Shown: one piece after another, positions 42,298-55,725 of the stretch
Layout: each line of letters opens with the position of its first letter
Position numbering within the stretch: the first letter of the stretch is position 1
NCBI GenBank assembly: GCA_002104945.1
Contig: MCFH01000004.1
Span: forward strand, 868,001 to 932,000
Source: Piromyces finnis finn
Lineage: Eukaryota; Fungi; Neocallimastigomycota
Direction: 5' to 3'
Length of the DNA: 64,000 bases
Notes under the pieces: model-generated
The model's database searches: none
Seen by the model: only the letters and a program-made list of their open reading frames with translations
Told to the model about the DNA's origin: nothing
Program-made: the position numbers and the translations under genes

Positions 42298-45200
42298 ATG
42301 ATAATATCAAAAATAAAAAATAAATTAAAAAAAATAATAGAAATTATTGAGTCAATATTTTATTATAATGCTAAATTTAACAGTACCTATCCCTTATTTA
42401 CTATAATAAGTATAGTTATATTTATTATTATATTCTCAGCTCCAGTAATTCAACAACTTTTCCTAAGAATAAATTATCTACCAGAAGAACAAGTACAATT
42501 TCTTGATACCATATATCAACCACTTAATAAAATAAATCTGGAAAATATAGAAGATAATATTAAATATAACGAATTACTTTCTATAACAAGAAGTAAAATT
42601 AAAAATACTAATTTAAATTATAAAAACGGTGAACCATATAGTTATTTATTTGAAAAGGATGAATTAAATAAAATAAAAAATAAAACGTTACAAAATTTGG
42701 ATAAAGATAAATTAGGAAAATATATTTCTATAATAGAATATGTAACAGTAGATACAGAACATATAGATACAGAGTATGTCCTTGGCAGAGGTCAAGGTGT
42801 AATTAATAAAAATACAATATATCAAACTTGGAAAATACAAAATTTATTGGAAACTATGAACGTAGAAATACCAGAACAATATTTTCAATCCCAACCAAAT
42901 AATAAAAAACTAAATATAGGAGCAGCAGCGGATAAGACTATTGAAAATAAGAATATTCACAGTAATTTAAATTCCAGTCAAGAAAATGTTAAAGTAACAC
43001 CTCTTAATAATGACAATAAAAATAATTTAAATTTGGATAATAAAAATATACCCCACAAAACTTTTAATTTAAATGATATTTGCGTAAAAAATGAAAATAA
43101 AAAGTGTATTATCCATTCACCTTTAATGATATGGAAATATAATATTACTAAATTAGAAATAGATAATAATATTATAGATACCATAACATCTTATATTCAA
43201 AATAATGTTAATGAAACAGTATCATTTCATTCCATGTTTAGTGGAATTTCATTTAGTTCAACGGGAAAAATGAAATCATCTAATGCATTAATAATTACCT
43301 TTTTTATAGAATCAAAATTAATTTCTGGTACAACTCTAACTTCAAGTAAAGCTTGGACTCTCCTATATAAAAAAGTATTGAACAATATAATGGATAAAAA
43401 ATATCAAGATATTAAAATTTCTCAGTATAGAATTTCAAAAATTTCAAAAGAATTAGCTTATAAGGTAAAAATATCTTTTTTTTTTTTTTTTTGTTATCAT
43501 TATTATTTAATATATTAAATTATTATTGTATTAAAAAAAAAAAAAAAAAAAAAAAATTAATCATTTTTATATCAATTATTTATGTTGTAATATTATTTCA
43601 TACGTATATATATATATGTGATATAGACCGATAAGATTGATATTATACCTTCAGAATACATCGTATTATTTGCTATATATGTATCATTATTTATATATAT
43701 ATCTTTTTCAATTGGTAGAATTGAGTTTGTTAAATCAAAATATATTTTGGGTTTTGTAGCGGTTATTTCAGTTTCTTTATCCCTTATTATATCATTGGGA
43801 TTTTTAGAATTTTTATTTGGCGTTAATTCATCTATGTTTTATCCTTGGTATGACTTAAATATTTATTTGGATAAAACTAATTAAAAAACTAATTAATAAT
43901 AAATATTAATTATCTATTCTAATACAAATATTTAATAGGAGTGTATTTCCATATTTAATTATGACTATTGGCGTTGAGAATATAACTGTAATTGTAAAAT
44001 CAGTTGTAAATACATCCATCGAATTACCATTCACTGAACGTTATGCATTAGGTGAGTAAATATAGCTAAGAATGATTTTTTTTTTTTTTTTTTATTATTA
44101 TTATTATATAATTCATCATAAATTTTTAATTATCTTAATTTTTATTACCACTATTTTTTCCATTATTTATTAATAATCTATTAATTTTACGGAATATAAA
44201 AATTATATAATATTCAAATAATAATGATGTAGGAATGAAAAACATTTCATGGGAAATTATTATTCCTTTAATAATAAATGTAATAAATATTTCTTGTGGC
44301 ACTTTTTCTTCATATAGTTATATATCTGTAAATATTCATAATATTACATAAGAATTAGATTTATAAAGATATATTGCAATAATATTGATGAAATATTTTT
44401 TTTATTTATATTATTACTTTATAGGAGTTCTGTTTCTATACATCACTATGTATTGTATTTAATTTTTGGTTACAGACATGTTTATTTGGAACAGTGTTAT
44501 CTATTGATATTAAAAGTTTAGAAGTAATTATTGATATTATTATCCTCATTATTACTATTAAATTTTTGAGATATTTAAAAATGTTAATTTATCTGGAATG
44601 GTTTTATTAATTTAATATAAATATATATATATATATTTAAATTATTATTAGTTATACGATTTATATAAAATGCAATTTGAAAAAAATCATAAATTAATTG
44701 ACCGCATTGGAAAAAATAATATCCGTTATAGTAGTGATAATGAAAATAAACCATATCACCCAATATTAGATATTAAAAGTGAAGATTTTAGCGATACAGA
44801 AAGTTTAGACAATACTAAAAATAATAATAAGAGAAAGGTTCGTTGGAATTGGACTGTTGTATTTGTAAGTTTAATAAATTATTAATAGGATAATAAATAT
44901 ATATACATATTATTTATATTTTTTAAATCATTAATTAATCATTCTTTTTTTTTTTTTTTTTTTTTTGGTAATTTAAACCTTTCTAGATTGTTTTCTCATT
45001 ATTAATATTTGGTAGTAATATAAATCAGGATGAAGAAAATAAAGATGTTTTTTATTATTCAGAAAATTACAATAAAACTTACAATTCTTTATCTATGAAG
45101 AATAAAGATAGTATTGATTTAAATTCAGATGTCATTACTAGTATCAGTCATATATTACCTAAATATTGGAATATATTACAAAATAGATATAATGAAAAAA

Positions 45201-48148
45201 TTAATGTGGTATCATCGGATTTCACATCAATGAATATTAATTATTTTATTGTTATGAATAATTTACTACATATTTCTGTGGAAGATAAATTTGAAAAATT
45301 ATATGACCCGTCTGTTAATATCTTTGGTATAAATATTCTCAAATATCATTCATTCGTAATTATTCTCATTATGTCTTTTGGGCTATTAATGGTTATTTTA
45401 TTTTACATGTTTTTAAATTCTTGCTTCTATATCCTTTATTCAAAAATATCGGAATATTCTAAACGTATTACATCAACTTTTGTAAATTTACTGTACTATT
45501 TTGTTCCTATTTTTGATTATGATAAATTTATCTTTAAAAAGTATATAAATCCTTTGTATCAACCCAACTTTATTACTAAAGTAAAAAAAGAACAATTAGA
45601 ACACTATCAAAAATATATTAATTATAATGGTGCCTACTCCTCTTCCATTGATATTCATATCATTAATATTGATGAATATGAAACAATTGATTATATAATT
45701 ATTAAAAATCCAAATCAAAAATATATTTCAAATCGTTATCAACAGAATTTCGATGGAAAAGATGAGAAAGCTATTATTTTATGGGGAGGAAAAGATGGCA
45801 GCATCTATCTTTGGAGTGATGAACCTTTAATAAAAAAAAGAAATTATCAAAATAGAAAAGAAAATCCTGTAGGTGTCTATTATTATCGTAATCTTTACCT
45901 GGCGAAAGCAAAATATTATAAAAAGAATGATAATAATATATATATCTTTGAAAATTTTAGTGTTTACATTAACAAACCTACTTTTAAATGTGAAAAGAAT
46001 AATAATTATCATATAAATGATCTTTCACTTGACGTTTTCAATGATAATGTTCTGATGGCTAGTAAAACTTTTCTTTATCAATGGGAATATATTAATAAAA
46101 AAATTAATTATTTTGATATTATTAAAGCAGGGGAAGATGATGAAATTCTTTGGATTCTCAATAGTAATGAATACTACGATAATATCCAAAACTATAAAAT
46201 TAGTCAATACCTTCAAAATCAACAATTCTTTGATAATGATCTTGGTGCACAGATAAATAATAATGAGGAACCCTTTATAAAAATAGTCATCACTAAAAGG
46301 GGAAAGATTATTATTTTTGATGCTTTTATGAATATTATTAGTAGTAAAGAATCAGAAGAAACAGAACATCTTTTAAATCAATATCAATGCTATACCAGTA
46401 CCATACATGACAAATTATCAACGTCAGTTTATACCTCAGCTCACGATGAATCTTTTCAACGCAATAATCTTTCTTCTGTCAATAGTAGTACTACTAGCCC
46501 CACCTCGTCTATGACATCACCCTTTAATGAATATAATTTCCCTTCCTATAACCTTCCAATAAATAATATTCCTGTATGTTATCATTACGATGCCCTTAAT
46601 CGTCTTTGGATATCTTTTAAAAATAAAATGATTATATGCTATGAACTACCGTTATTGCAACCCTTATTTGTTCTAAATGAAAATATCATGCATTTTACAG
46701 TTTTGTCCCCTCAAGCGAAAGCAGAAATTAATATAAATAAAAACAATAGTTTCTATACCAACAACAATAACAACTATTGGTCTTCTCAATATAAAGGACA
46801 TAAACGTAATAGTAGTGATTATGGTAATAGCATTAATGAAAAATTATTTATATCGAGAAAATATTCCAAACTCATGACTTCTAATGAAGAAGTGGGATGG
46901 CTTGTTACTAGTGATGCCACTGGTTATATGACGGTTTGGAATATTAAAGAAGGAAGGGTATGGGATAATGTGAAATGTCCATCCTCAATCACCAAAATTT
47001 TTATTGTAAAATCGCAATCAAAACAAGGAACTTGGTGGATTGTAAGTAGTCATGAGGATGAAACTGTTAGATTCTGGAGTACCAATGCTGGAATTTTAAG
47101 TTGTTCTTCAGTATTATATCAACCAGGATGTAATACTATTGCTTGTCATAATAATGTAATTGCAGGAGTACGTCGCGTTCGTATTCAAGATAATACATTT
47201 ATTGAAAAGACAATGGTAAAACTTTTTATTTATTTGGTTCTGGTTCTAAACCTAATTGTTAATATCTTTCTCCGTTACTACCATTCTGAATCCTATAGTT
47301 CAGTGGATATCATCTATGAATATTTAATTCAAATTTACTATGACAAAGGAAGAACCATCCTACGTCGTACCTTTATTCGAATTCTTGACTTTATTTTCCG
47401 ATTTTTACCATTACCGGAAAATCTTACTTCTTCTACCAATACCCACTGTCAATTTAAAAACTTTCGTAATCTCCATCGTCATTGTCATCATCATACCTTT
47501 ATGGATTCAACTTCCACATCAACCTCTTCCTTTTCAAACTCTACAAAAGATGACAATCTCTGGATGTGGCAAGTTTGGCTCTACAATGTAGATACCGATT
47601 TACCGCGTTATCTAAATTTTGCTGTAGATAAACTTAATGGTTTAGGCGTACCTCCACAACGTGTGGTAGCTATGCCTCGTTTAAATATTCTTTTTCAGAT
47701 CTATGATCTTACCATTACCGAAGAAAATAATAGTTTTTCTTCAACTTCCTCATCGTTCAATCCTACCCATCCTCATGATGAAATGAGAAATTCCCAATCT
47801 ATTATCAGCAAAGGTGAACATTCCTTTAAGAAAAAGCAAAATGAGTTAAATATTCATGAAATTGGTAAATTATATAATGAAATACCTTCAGACGTAAATA
47901 TTGAAGATATTGGAAATAGTCTTGGAATAACACCAAATGAAGAATTTCATATTCACTTCCCAGAACATAAAATTCCTAATAATGTTAATAGAAAAGAACA
48001 CATTCTCCGGAAGTCGTATAATCAACCTCCTGTATTAAAAATTAATCATATCAATATTAATTCTAGACTTATCTGTTTTGATTTTGGACAACATCTTCGC
48101 GTCTTTTCATTTAAAAACATTGAAAGAAAAAAAAAAAATATGCATTAG
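42298..48148 (+). CDS. SCAP: SREBP cleavage-activating protein (sterol-sensing domain plus WD40), about 7 exons
   Basis: Luminal loop C.IHSPL.IW. SSD exons VFPYLIMTIGVENITVIVKSVVNT...ERYALG and EFCFY...LQTCLFGTVLSIDIKSLE|LYDL. The large last exon has WD-like motifs (WLVTSDATGYMTVWNI, WIVSSHEDETVRFWS). Confidence 0.85.
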
Positions 48149-49833
48149 AAGGTCTCCTTTAAACCAAAAAAAAAAAAAAAAAAAAAAAAACATTTATCAT
48201 TCAACTAATATATATAATCAAATTATTAGAAGTTATTTTTATAGTAAATAAAAAATAAAAATTATAAATAGAAATTATAAAATGGTTTTTTTTTCTCATT
48301 ATTATTTTCAAAAAAATTAAAATACTTTTAATCTTTTTTTTCTATTTAAAAGTATTAATAATATTTACTTATAAACATATTTTTAACATATTTATTAATT
48401 TATTTATTACTTAAAAATCATAAAGAATATCAAATAATTCTTTAAAAATAATACCATAGTAAAATAAAATATATCTATTAATTCACAGTCCCAATTTAGT
48501 AATCATTTTAAGATAAAAAATCATTAAAATTATTGCTTCTTTTAGATACAGGACAACATTAAGGATTATTATACATAATGTTACTTCTTATGTTTTTATC
48601 AAGTAACATTATCTATAAAAATAGTACTAATTAACGCTTTAATAAATAAAAAAAAACTTTATAAAAAAAATATAAAATAAATAAATATACATTTCTATTT
48701 AAAATGTAAATCTACTTCTTTATTTATGTTTCAATTAAAAATATCATTTTATATAAAACTGAGATCATATATAAATACGATACTTTCTTATTGATATAAA
48801 AAAAAAAGTAATAAAAGAGAAATTAAAAAGAATAAATCTTTCAATTTCTAATTTATTCCTTATCTTTTTACTTTATTTAATTTTGCTAGGTGTCTGGACA
48901 ATATATACATTAAAATAAATATATATTGTAATTTGCAAAGCGTATTATTTTTTTTTTAGACTTTACAATAAAAAATTTTTTTTTTCTTATATATAATATT
49001 AATAATTTGTCATTTTTTATTTCATGTTTATTATTAATAATTTTTTAATACAACTTTTTTTTTAACTTTTGATTTCTTCTTTAATTTTTATATAAAAAAA
49101 TTAAAGAAGAAATTGATATATTAATAAAAAAAAATTGATTTTTATATATAAATTTTTATTTCATTTTGATTGGGCCTTAAAAAAAAAAAGCTTGATTTTC
49201 AATCTTCTAATACAAATACATTATTATAGAATGTAATTATATTTTTAATAATTGTATTTTAAACATTTACATAAATTTTAACAGGGATTTTTAGATATTA
49301 TTATTGATTCATTTAATAAAAAATATACAATATTATTTTATCCTTTTTATAAGGATAGGAATATTTTGATTAATTCTATAAAATAATATGCAAATGCTTA
49401 ATTTAGGTAAAATACCAAAGAATTATAAATTTATTTTTATTAATTATTTTTATTCTTTTGTTATTTATTATTTATTATTTAATCTTTTATTTTTATTTTT
49501 ATTATTTATTTTTTATTTTATTTTGTTCTTAATTATATGATTAAGAATAATGATCAATACTAATCTATATTTAATATAATATAGTTAATAATCAATTATA
49601 TTAATAGATATTAACAAGAAGTAATAACTGTGCTGTGTGTAATTAAAAAAAAAAAATCAAAAAATTGGGATAAAAAAAGTAATATATGATACTTTTTTTC
49701 AATTATTTTTTTTACACAAAAAACTAAAGATGAAATAAATGATACATACGCCATTAATAAAAAAAATATGTATTCAATTCGTAATAGAAATACCACTAAA
49801 ATACGAAAATTCACCATTTATTTGTTATTATTT

Positions 49834-52371
49834 TTAAGATGATTGATTTGATTGTCCTGGTTGAGCTTGACCAGGTTGTGCTGGATATACATAAGCATAA
49901 TTTGGTGGTGCAGCACTACTGAAAGAACCATTTTGTGTTTGTGGATATCCATAAGGTTGTTGAACATATACATAACCATATGGATATTGTGCACCTTGTG
50001 GAGCATAAACACTACCTTGTGGAACAGTACCAGCTGGTGCATAAACACTGCCTTGTTGTTGAACTGTACCAGCTGGTGCATAAACACTACCTTGTTGTTG
50101 AACTGTACCAGCTGGTGCATAAACACTGCCTTGTTGTTGAACTGTACCGGCTGGTGCATAGACACTACCTTGTTGTTGAACTGTACCAGCTGGTATATAT
50201 ACACTACCTTGTTGAACTGAATTTGTTGGAGCAATGTTTGGAGAAGCTGATGTAGGTTGTGGTGATATTGTTGGGGACATTGTTTGAGATATTGTTTGAT
50301 ATTGTTGAGGAGGATAAGTATATTGATAAGGAGTGTAATTATTTGTAGTGGCATGACTATATATTGAATTACTAACTCTATTTGTTTGACCTGTTGATGC
50401 AAAACTAGCATTTGGATCAAGAACAAAGGAATTTTCTTTACCAGCAATAAATGAACTTTGACGTTCGAAAGCTGGAGTATATTCACTTATGAATGAACTT
50501 TCTGCATTAAGTTGTTTTGGTTTTATATTATTTTGCTTCATGTACAATATAAATTGTTCTGGAATTTCGTATAAAACTTGTTTAGCTAAAACCTTTGGAT
50601 CGTTAGCAGCATTAACTGCACGATAAGGAACGAACTGAACAATATCACGATTCATAACAATATTACCATCTCTTAATGGAACTTCATCAGCATCAAGTTC
50701 ATTCATAGTTTCAAAATCGTCATTACCAACACCAACAATAATGATTGAGATTGGTAGGAATGAAGCTTTTACAATGCTTCTAATAGTTTCTTCTCTATCA
50801 CTAATTTTACCATCAGTAATAATTAATAATACATGGTAATTATTACCTTTACCTTCATTATTTTGCATTTGTTCACACTCAGCTATAACTTTATTAATTA
50901 CTGGTGAAAAGTTGGTTGGACCATATAATACAATATTTCTTAAAGTGTTTGCATATGAATTCATAATACCTTCAATACCAAATACTTTAGGTTGCATTTC
51001 ATTACCATTTAACGGGAAACAGTGTGAAACTCTACTGTTAACTTTAGCACCAAAACCGTAAACAGGGAATTGTTTATCCTTACTATAAACTTCTAAAATT
51101 CTTGATACAGAATAAATTGCTTGTTGATATTCATTATATGCACTTGGATTACGATAATGAAGAGATGATGGATTACTTGGTTCTTTATTTGAAGCAGTAA
51201 AATCAACAGCAATAGTCAAATTAAAGTTGGTTTTTCCTGCTAAGTAATCTAAGAAAGAGTATTCTTCTCTAACTTCACAATATTCAGATATAAAAATACC
51301 TGAATTTTTATAACTTTTTCCCTTCTTTGCCTTCTTCTTAACATTAATAATATCGTATTCTTTATTTTTGAACGCGGATAATTCAGCAATTGAAGTTTCA
51401 AATTCTCCAATGTAATCACGATCACCATTTCTATTCCAATCAAAAATTTTGATAACTAATGGTTCATCAATATTAGAATTACTAATTTTTGCTAATTTTA
51501 CTTCACCCTTTTTCCAACTTGGATTTAAATTGTTTTTAATAACTTCACTTTCATAAGTTAAAAGAAGATTATCCCCAATATTACCATTATTTACACGACG
51601 ATACACTGCAAAGAATGGATCAGATTTTCCGAAGAAATCTTTTTTATCTAATTTTTTTGCACTGAATTTGTAGGTAACAACTTTTTTTGAATCACTAATT
51701 TCTTCTGCAGTTATTATAATATCACCATGTTGGATTTTTAATAATCTACCCTTTATCCTCTTATTACGAGCATTAACTATTTAAAATAATAATAGTTATT
51801 TATTAATACTTAATAAAAATGTCAAAAATTACGAATTTTAAAAAATTAATATATATACCAATATTAGCTAATGTAGTAGTGTATTCACCAAGGAAATCGT
51901 TTTTAGTTGAATTTGGATTTTTGAAATCATCAATATCATAAACAACAAATCTATAAAACATGTATTTAATTAATTATTATAAATCTGATAAATATAAATA
52001 TATATATATCTATTTACTTACTTTAATTGTTGTTCTTCCTCAAAGAAATAATCAATTTCAATTGGCTTTGCAAATTCTGGATTTAAATTATTCATAATAA
52101 CTTCAGTTTTCCCAGCTTCTAACCATTGTGCCTTAGTACTTTGTCTACAATATACAGTAACTTGTGGATCTGATTTAGAAAAAGTATCTTTATCAACAAG
52201 ATTACTATTTATAAAATTATGAATACGATACGTTCATTTAATATCAATTAATTACATTTTAAATAAAAATAAATAAAATTATAAAATATATATTTTAAAT
52301 TATAATTACTTCAATTTAATTCTTAATTGAACTTTGGATACTGGAACATTAGCTCCATAGATTTCAGTCAT
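49834..52371 (-). CDS. Copine (C2-C2-vWA) with a Q/P/Y/G-rich tail, 4 exons
   Basis: DKDTFSKSDP, LDKKDFFGKSDPF, NNLNP.W, FDWNRNGDRDYIGEF, AVDFTASN, YGFGA, LLIITDG, SIIIVGVG and RDIVQFVP. Confidence 0.93.
50000..50220 (-). repeat. 39-bp coding tandem repeat (QQQGSVYAPAGTV, about 5-6 copies) in the copine tail
   Basis: The unit accagctggtgcataaacact(a/g)ccttgttgttgaactgt repeats in phase. Confidence 0.95.
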
Positions 52372-54282
52372 TCTCTTAGTATAATGTTTTTTTTTTAAAA
52401 AAAAATATTAATTTTGATTTATATATTTATTTTTTTTTTCTTTTTTTTTTTTTTTTCTTTTTCTTTTTTTTTCGACTTTGTTTAATACTACTATTCTATA
52501 GTTTAAACAAATAAATATTATAGTGAATTAATTACTTTAAATTTCAAATAATTAAATTTATTAAAGTTTTTAAAATTAAAGTATACTACAATAATTATTT
52601 TTTTATATATATTAAATTTAATAACAAAATGAATCTTTTTCCTTGTTTTCTTTTGTTGTTAATAGATAATATATCTTTTTATTTTTTATAGGTAAATATT
52701 ATTCAATTATAATTATTATAACTATTTTATTTGATTTTATAATTGACAATATTTTATATAAAGATTTTTTTTTAAAAAAAAAAAAAAATAAAATATTAAT
52801 ATTTTATTTTTTATTTTATTTTATTTATAATAATTTTTTTTTTTTTTTTTAATATTAATTTTTCAGCTAAAAATGCCTATGAAATAGGATAAACTCTTTT
52901 TATATATAATAGAATAATTTAATTATAAAATATATGTAATCCTATAATCTTATTTATATTATATGTAATATAAAAATTTAAAATATTAAATACTAGGTTA
53001 CACTGCATATATTACAACTTATTGTTAATAAATGAAAATATATATTAAATTATATTAATATTAAACATAAAACTTTATTAAATAATAAAAATATTATTTA
53101 ACATAATTTTTGAATTTTTTATATATTATAAAGTTTTATTATAATATATTTTAAATAAAAAAAAATATTTATCAAATGAACCACAAATTTAATATATAAT
53201 AAACTAATAATAATAAATTAAAATATTAAACTAATACTACATTACTATTATATTAACAATACATTCATTTATATTATTATAATATATTAAAAATGGTTGA
53301 TTTTGTATTAAGAAATTTCATCTTTTAATTTTTATATTTTGTACAAATACAAAATAATTTAATATAATTAAATGAAACATCATGAGCAGCGTGTGTCTTC
53401 TTTAGAAACAAATAAATTCTACTACATTTACTGCCAAAAAATAGATGAAGTAGTAAGCATCAATTAATTCTACAAATGCTTTTTTTAAAATAAAAATATA
53501 GGAATAAAGGAAACTTTTAATGTAATGTTTCCATATAAATAATTGTTTATTCCGTTTTTTTTTCTAACCTATTGATCCCATTCAAATAGTAACTTTAGAT
53601 TTTCTATTAATTCAGTTTTTAAAGAATCTTCTAAAATTCTTGAATTATTTTAAAAAAAAAAAAAAACAGTTTAACATATAAATACTATATAAAATAGTAA
53701 ACATTTTTTTATAATATATATATTTTTTTTGCATAGCTATTTTTGTATAATTATATCAGCAGTAACTAGTGGACTATTAATTTTTTCATACATTACAAGA
53801 TCATAATTGCTTTTTAAAAATTATACTTTAAAAGCTTTATTACATATTCTTTCAATTAAATAATAAAAACACTGGTTATTTAAAAAGAATTAATTTATAA
53901 GCAAAATAAAGTTTGTGTCTACTGTCTGATTTAAAAAATGATTTATTAATAAATTTTAAATTATATAAATTACTGAAAATGTATAATTAATAAAAAATAT
54001 GTATTTTTTTTTTTTATTAATCACTTCAACCCTTATTACATAATAGAAAAGTGTTGATAACAATTCATATAATTTTTCAACACTTTTCATAGTTTTAAAT
54101 CTATATATAATTAAATATAATTAGTTAATATTATATATTATAATTATTACTTATAATTAATATAATAATTCATTTGAAAAAATGTTTAAAAATCCATATA
54201 TATTACATAAATATAAAAATAATTATTAATTTTACTGCCTGTTATTTATTACAATTAAACATAGGAAAAAGGGTGGAGTTTT

Positions 54283-54410
<128 letters not shown>

Positions 54411-54422
54411 AATATATTATAT

Positions 54423-54655
54423 TATAAAAAATAGTTTATAATATGTTTTGATTTATAGTTTTTTTATAATTCAATGGAAAACTATCTTTATTATTATATA
54501 AAGAATAATTTTAAAAAATAGTTATTTTCCTATTAAAAACATTTTTTATTATGAAATTTATAAATATTTTAAAATAGTTATAAAGTATAAAAAGACATCC
54601 ATAATAAAAAATTAAACATGTAATTTGCAAAGTTTAAACATATTAATAATTGTAC
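54423..54655 (+). repeat. First copy of a ~230-bp direct repeat; the second copy (55356-55400 plus 61113-61316) is split by LINE copy B
   Basis: tttataatatgttttgatttatagttttttt(t)ata..tcaatggaaaactat...aatttgcaa.gtttaaacatattaataattgta is found in both places. Confidence 0.9.
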
Positions 54656-54659
54656 ATTT

Positions 54660-54925
54660 TGAAATTACCAATTATTTGGTAATCAAGGTTGTCTTGATTC
54701 CTGATCATGTTGAAAAAGTGAAAATCAAACTATTCAACATTGGTCAGCCGAATATCCATAATTTAATGTTACCCGTATTGAATCATGACCTTATTTAATT
54801 AATGATGAGTATAATTAAATTAGAAATAATAATAGTAACAATGATGACAATAATATTATTAGTAATGATTATGTATTTGAAATTATAATAATTAATAGTC
54901 ATAGTGAAAATGATAATTCTATTTT

Positions 54926-54962
<37 letters not shown>

Positions 54963-55365
54963 GTTTAAATACTAGTTTTGTTAGTGAATAGTTTTAATAA
55001 TCTAGTTTGAATATTAATGTGTATAATTATTCTAGTATATACAAAGAAAAACTCTTGTGGAGGAAAGATTTTTAACAACAACAATAATAATGATAATTCA
55101 AGGGAATGGAAAAGAATTTTACAAGTGTTAAACATGAGTACTTTTGAAAGATTTCCATTTTAATATTAACCTGCAATAGTCAATTATTCAAAAGATTTAA
55201 AGCAACACATCAAGAGTCAAATTGGATGTTAAATAAAACTATTATATTCAAGTATAGATAGTGACTTTCTTACTTTAATTTCAAAAAGATATTACATTAT
55301 ACCCATTTTCTAATTTATTAAAGTTTATATTTATATTTTATTATAATTTTAATTTATAAAAAACA
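54660..55365 (+). mobile_element. Old, decayed LINE 3' fragment related to family 1
   Basis: Broken knuckle region (QTIQHW...P.F...RI), atattaatgtgtataattattctagt, aattcaagggaatggaaa, ttcaaaagattt.aagcaac and atagtgactttcttactttaatt align in order to the 3' end of copy A. Confidence 0.8.
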
Positions 55366-55397
55366 ATTTATAATATGTTTTGATTTATAGTTTTTTT

Positions 55398-55437
<40 letters not shown>

Positions 55438-55725
55438 GGCATCAAATATTTTAAACTTTATTATTAATTTAATTAAAATTATAATACATGTAATAAAAAA
55501 TAAAAATAAAAATAAAAATAAAAAAAATATGTTTAAATAAACACAAATGAATAAAATTTGGGTATAATGTATTCTAGTAATTTTAATTAAAGTAAGAAAG
55601 CCACTATCATACTAAAGTATAATAATTGTATTTGACTTCCAATGGGACACCGAGCCAAAGATCAAAATTTTGTCATGGAACAAAATTATGATCTCCATTG
55701 GTTGCGCTGGCCCTCCTGGCCTGTC

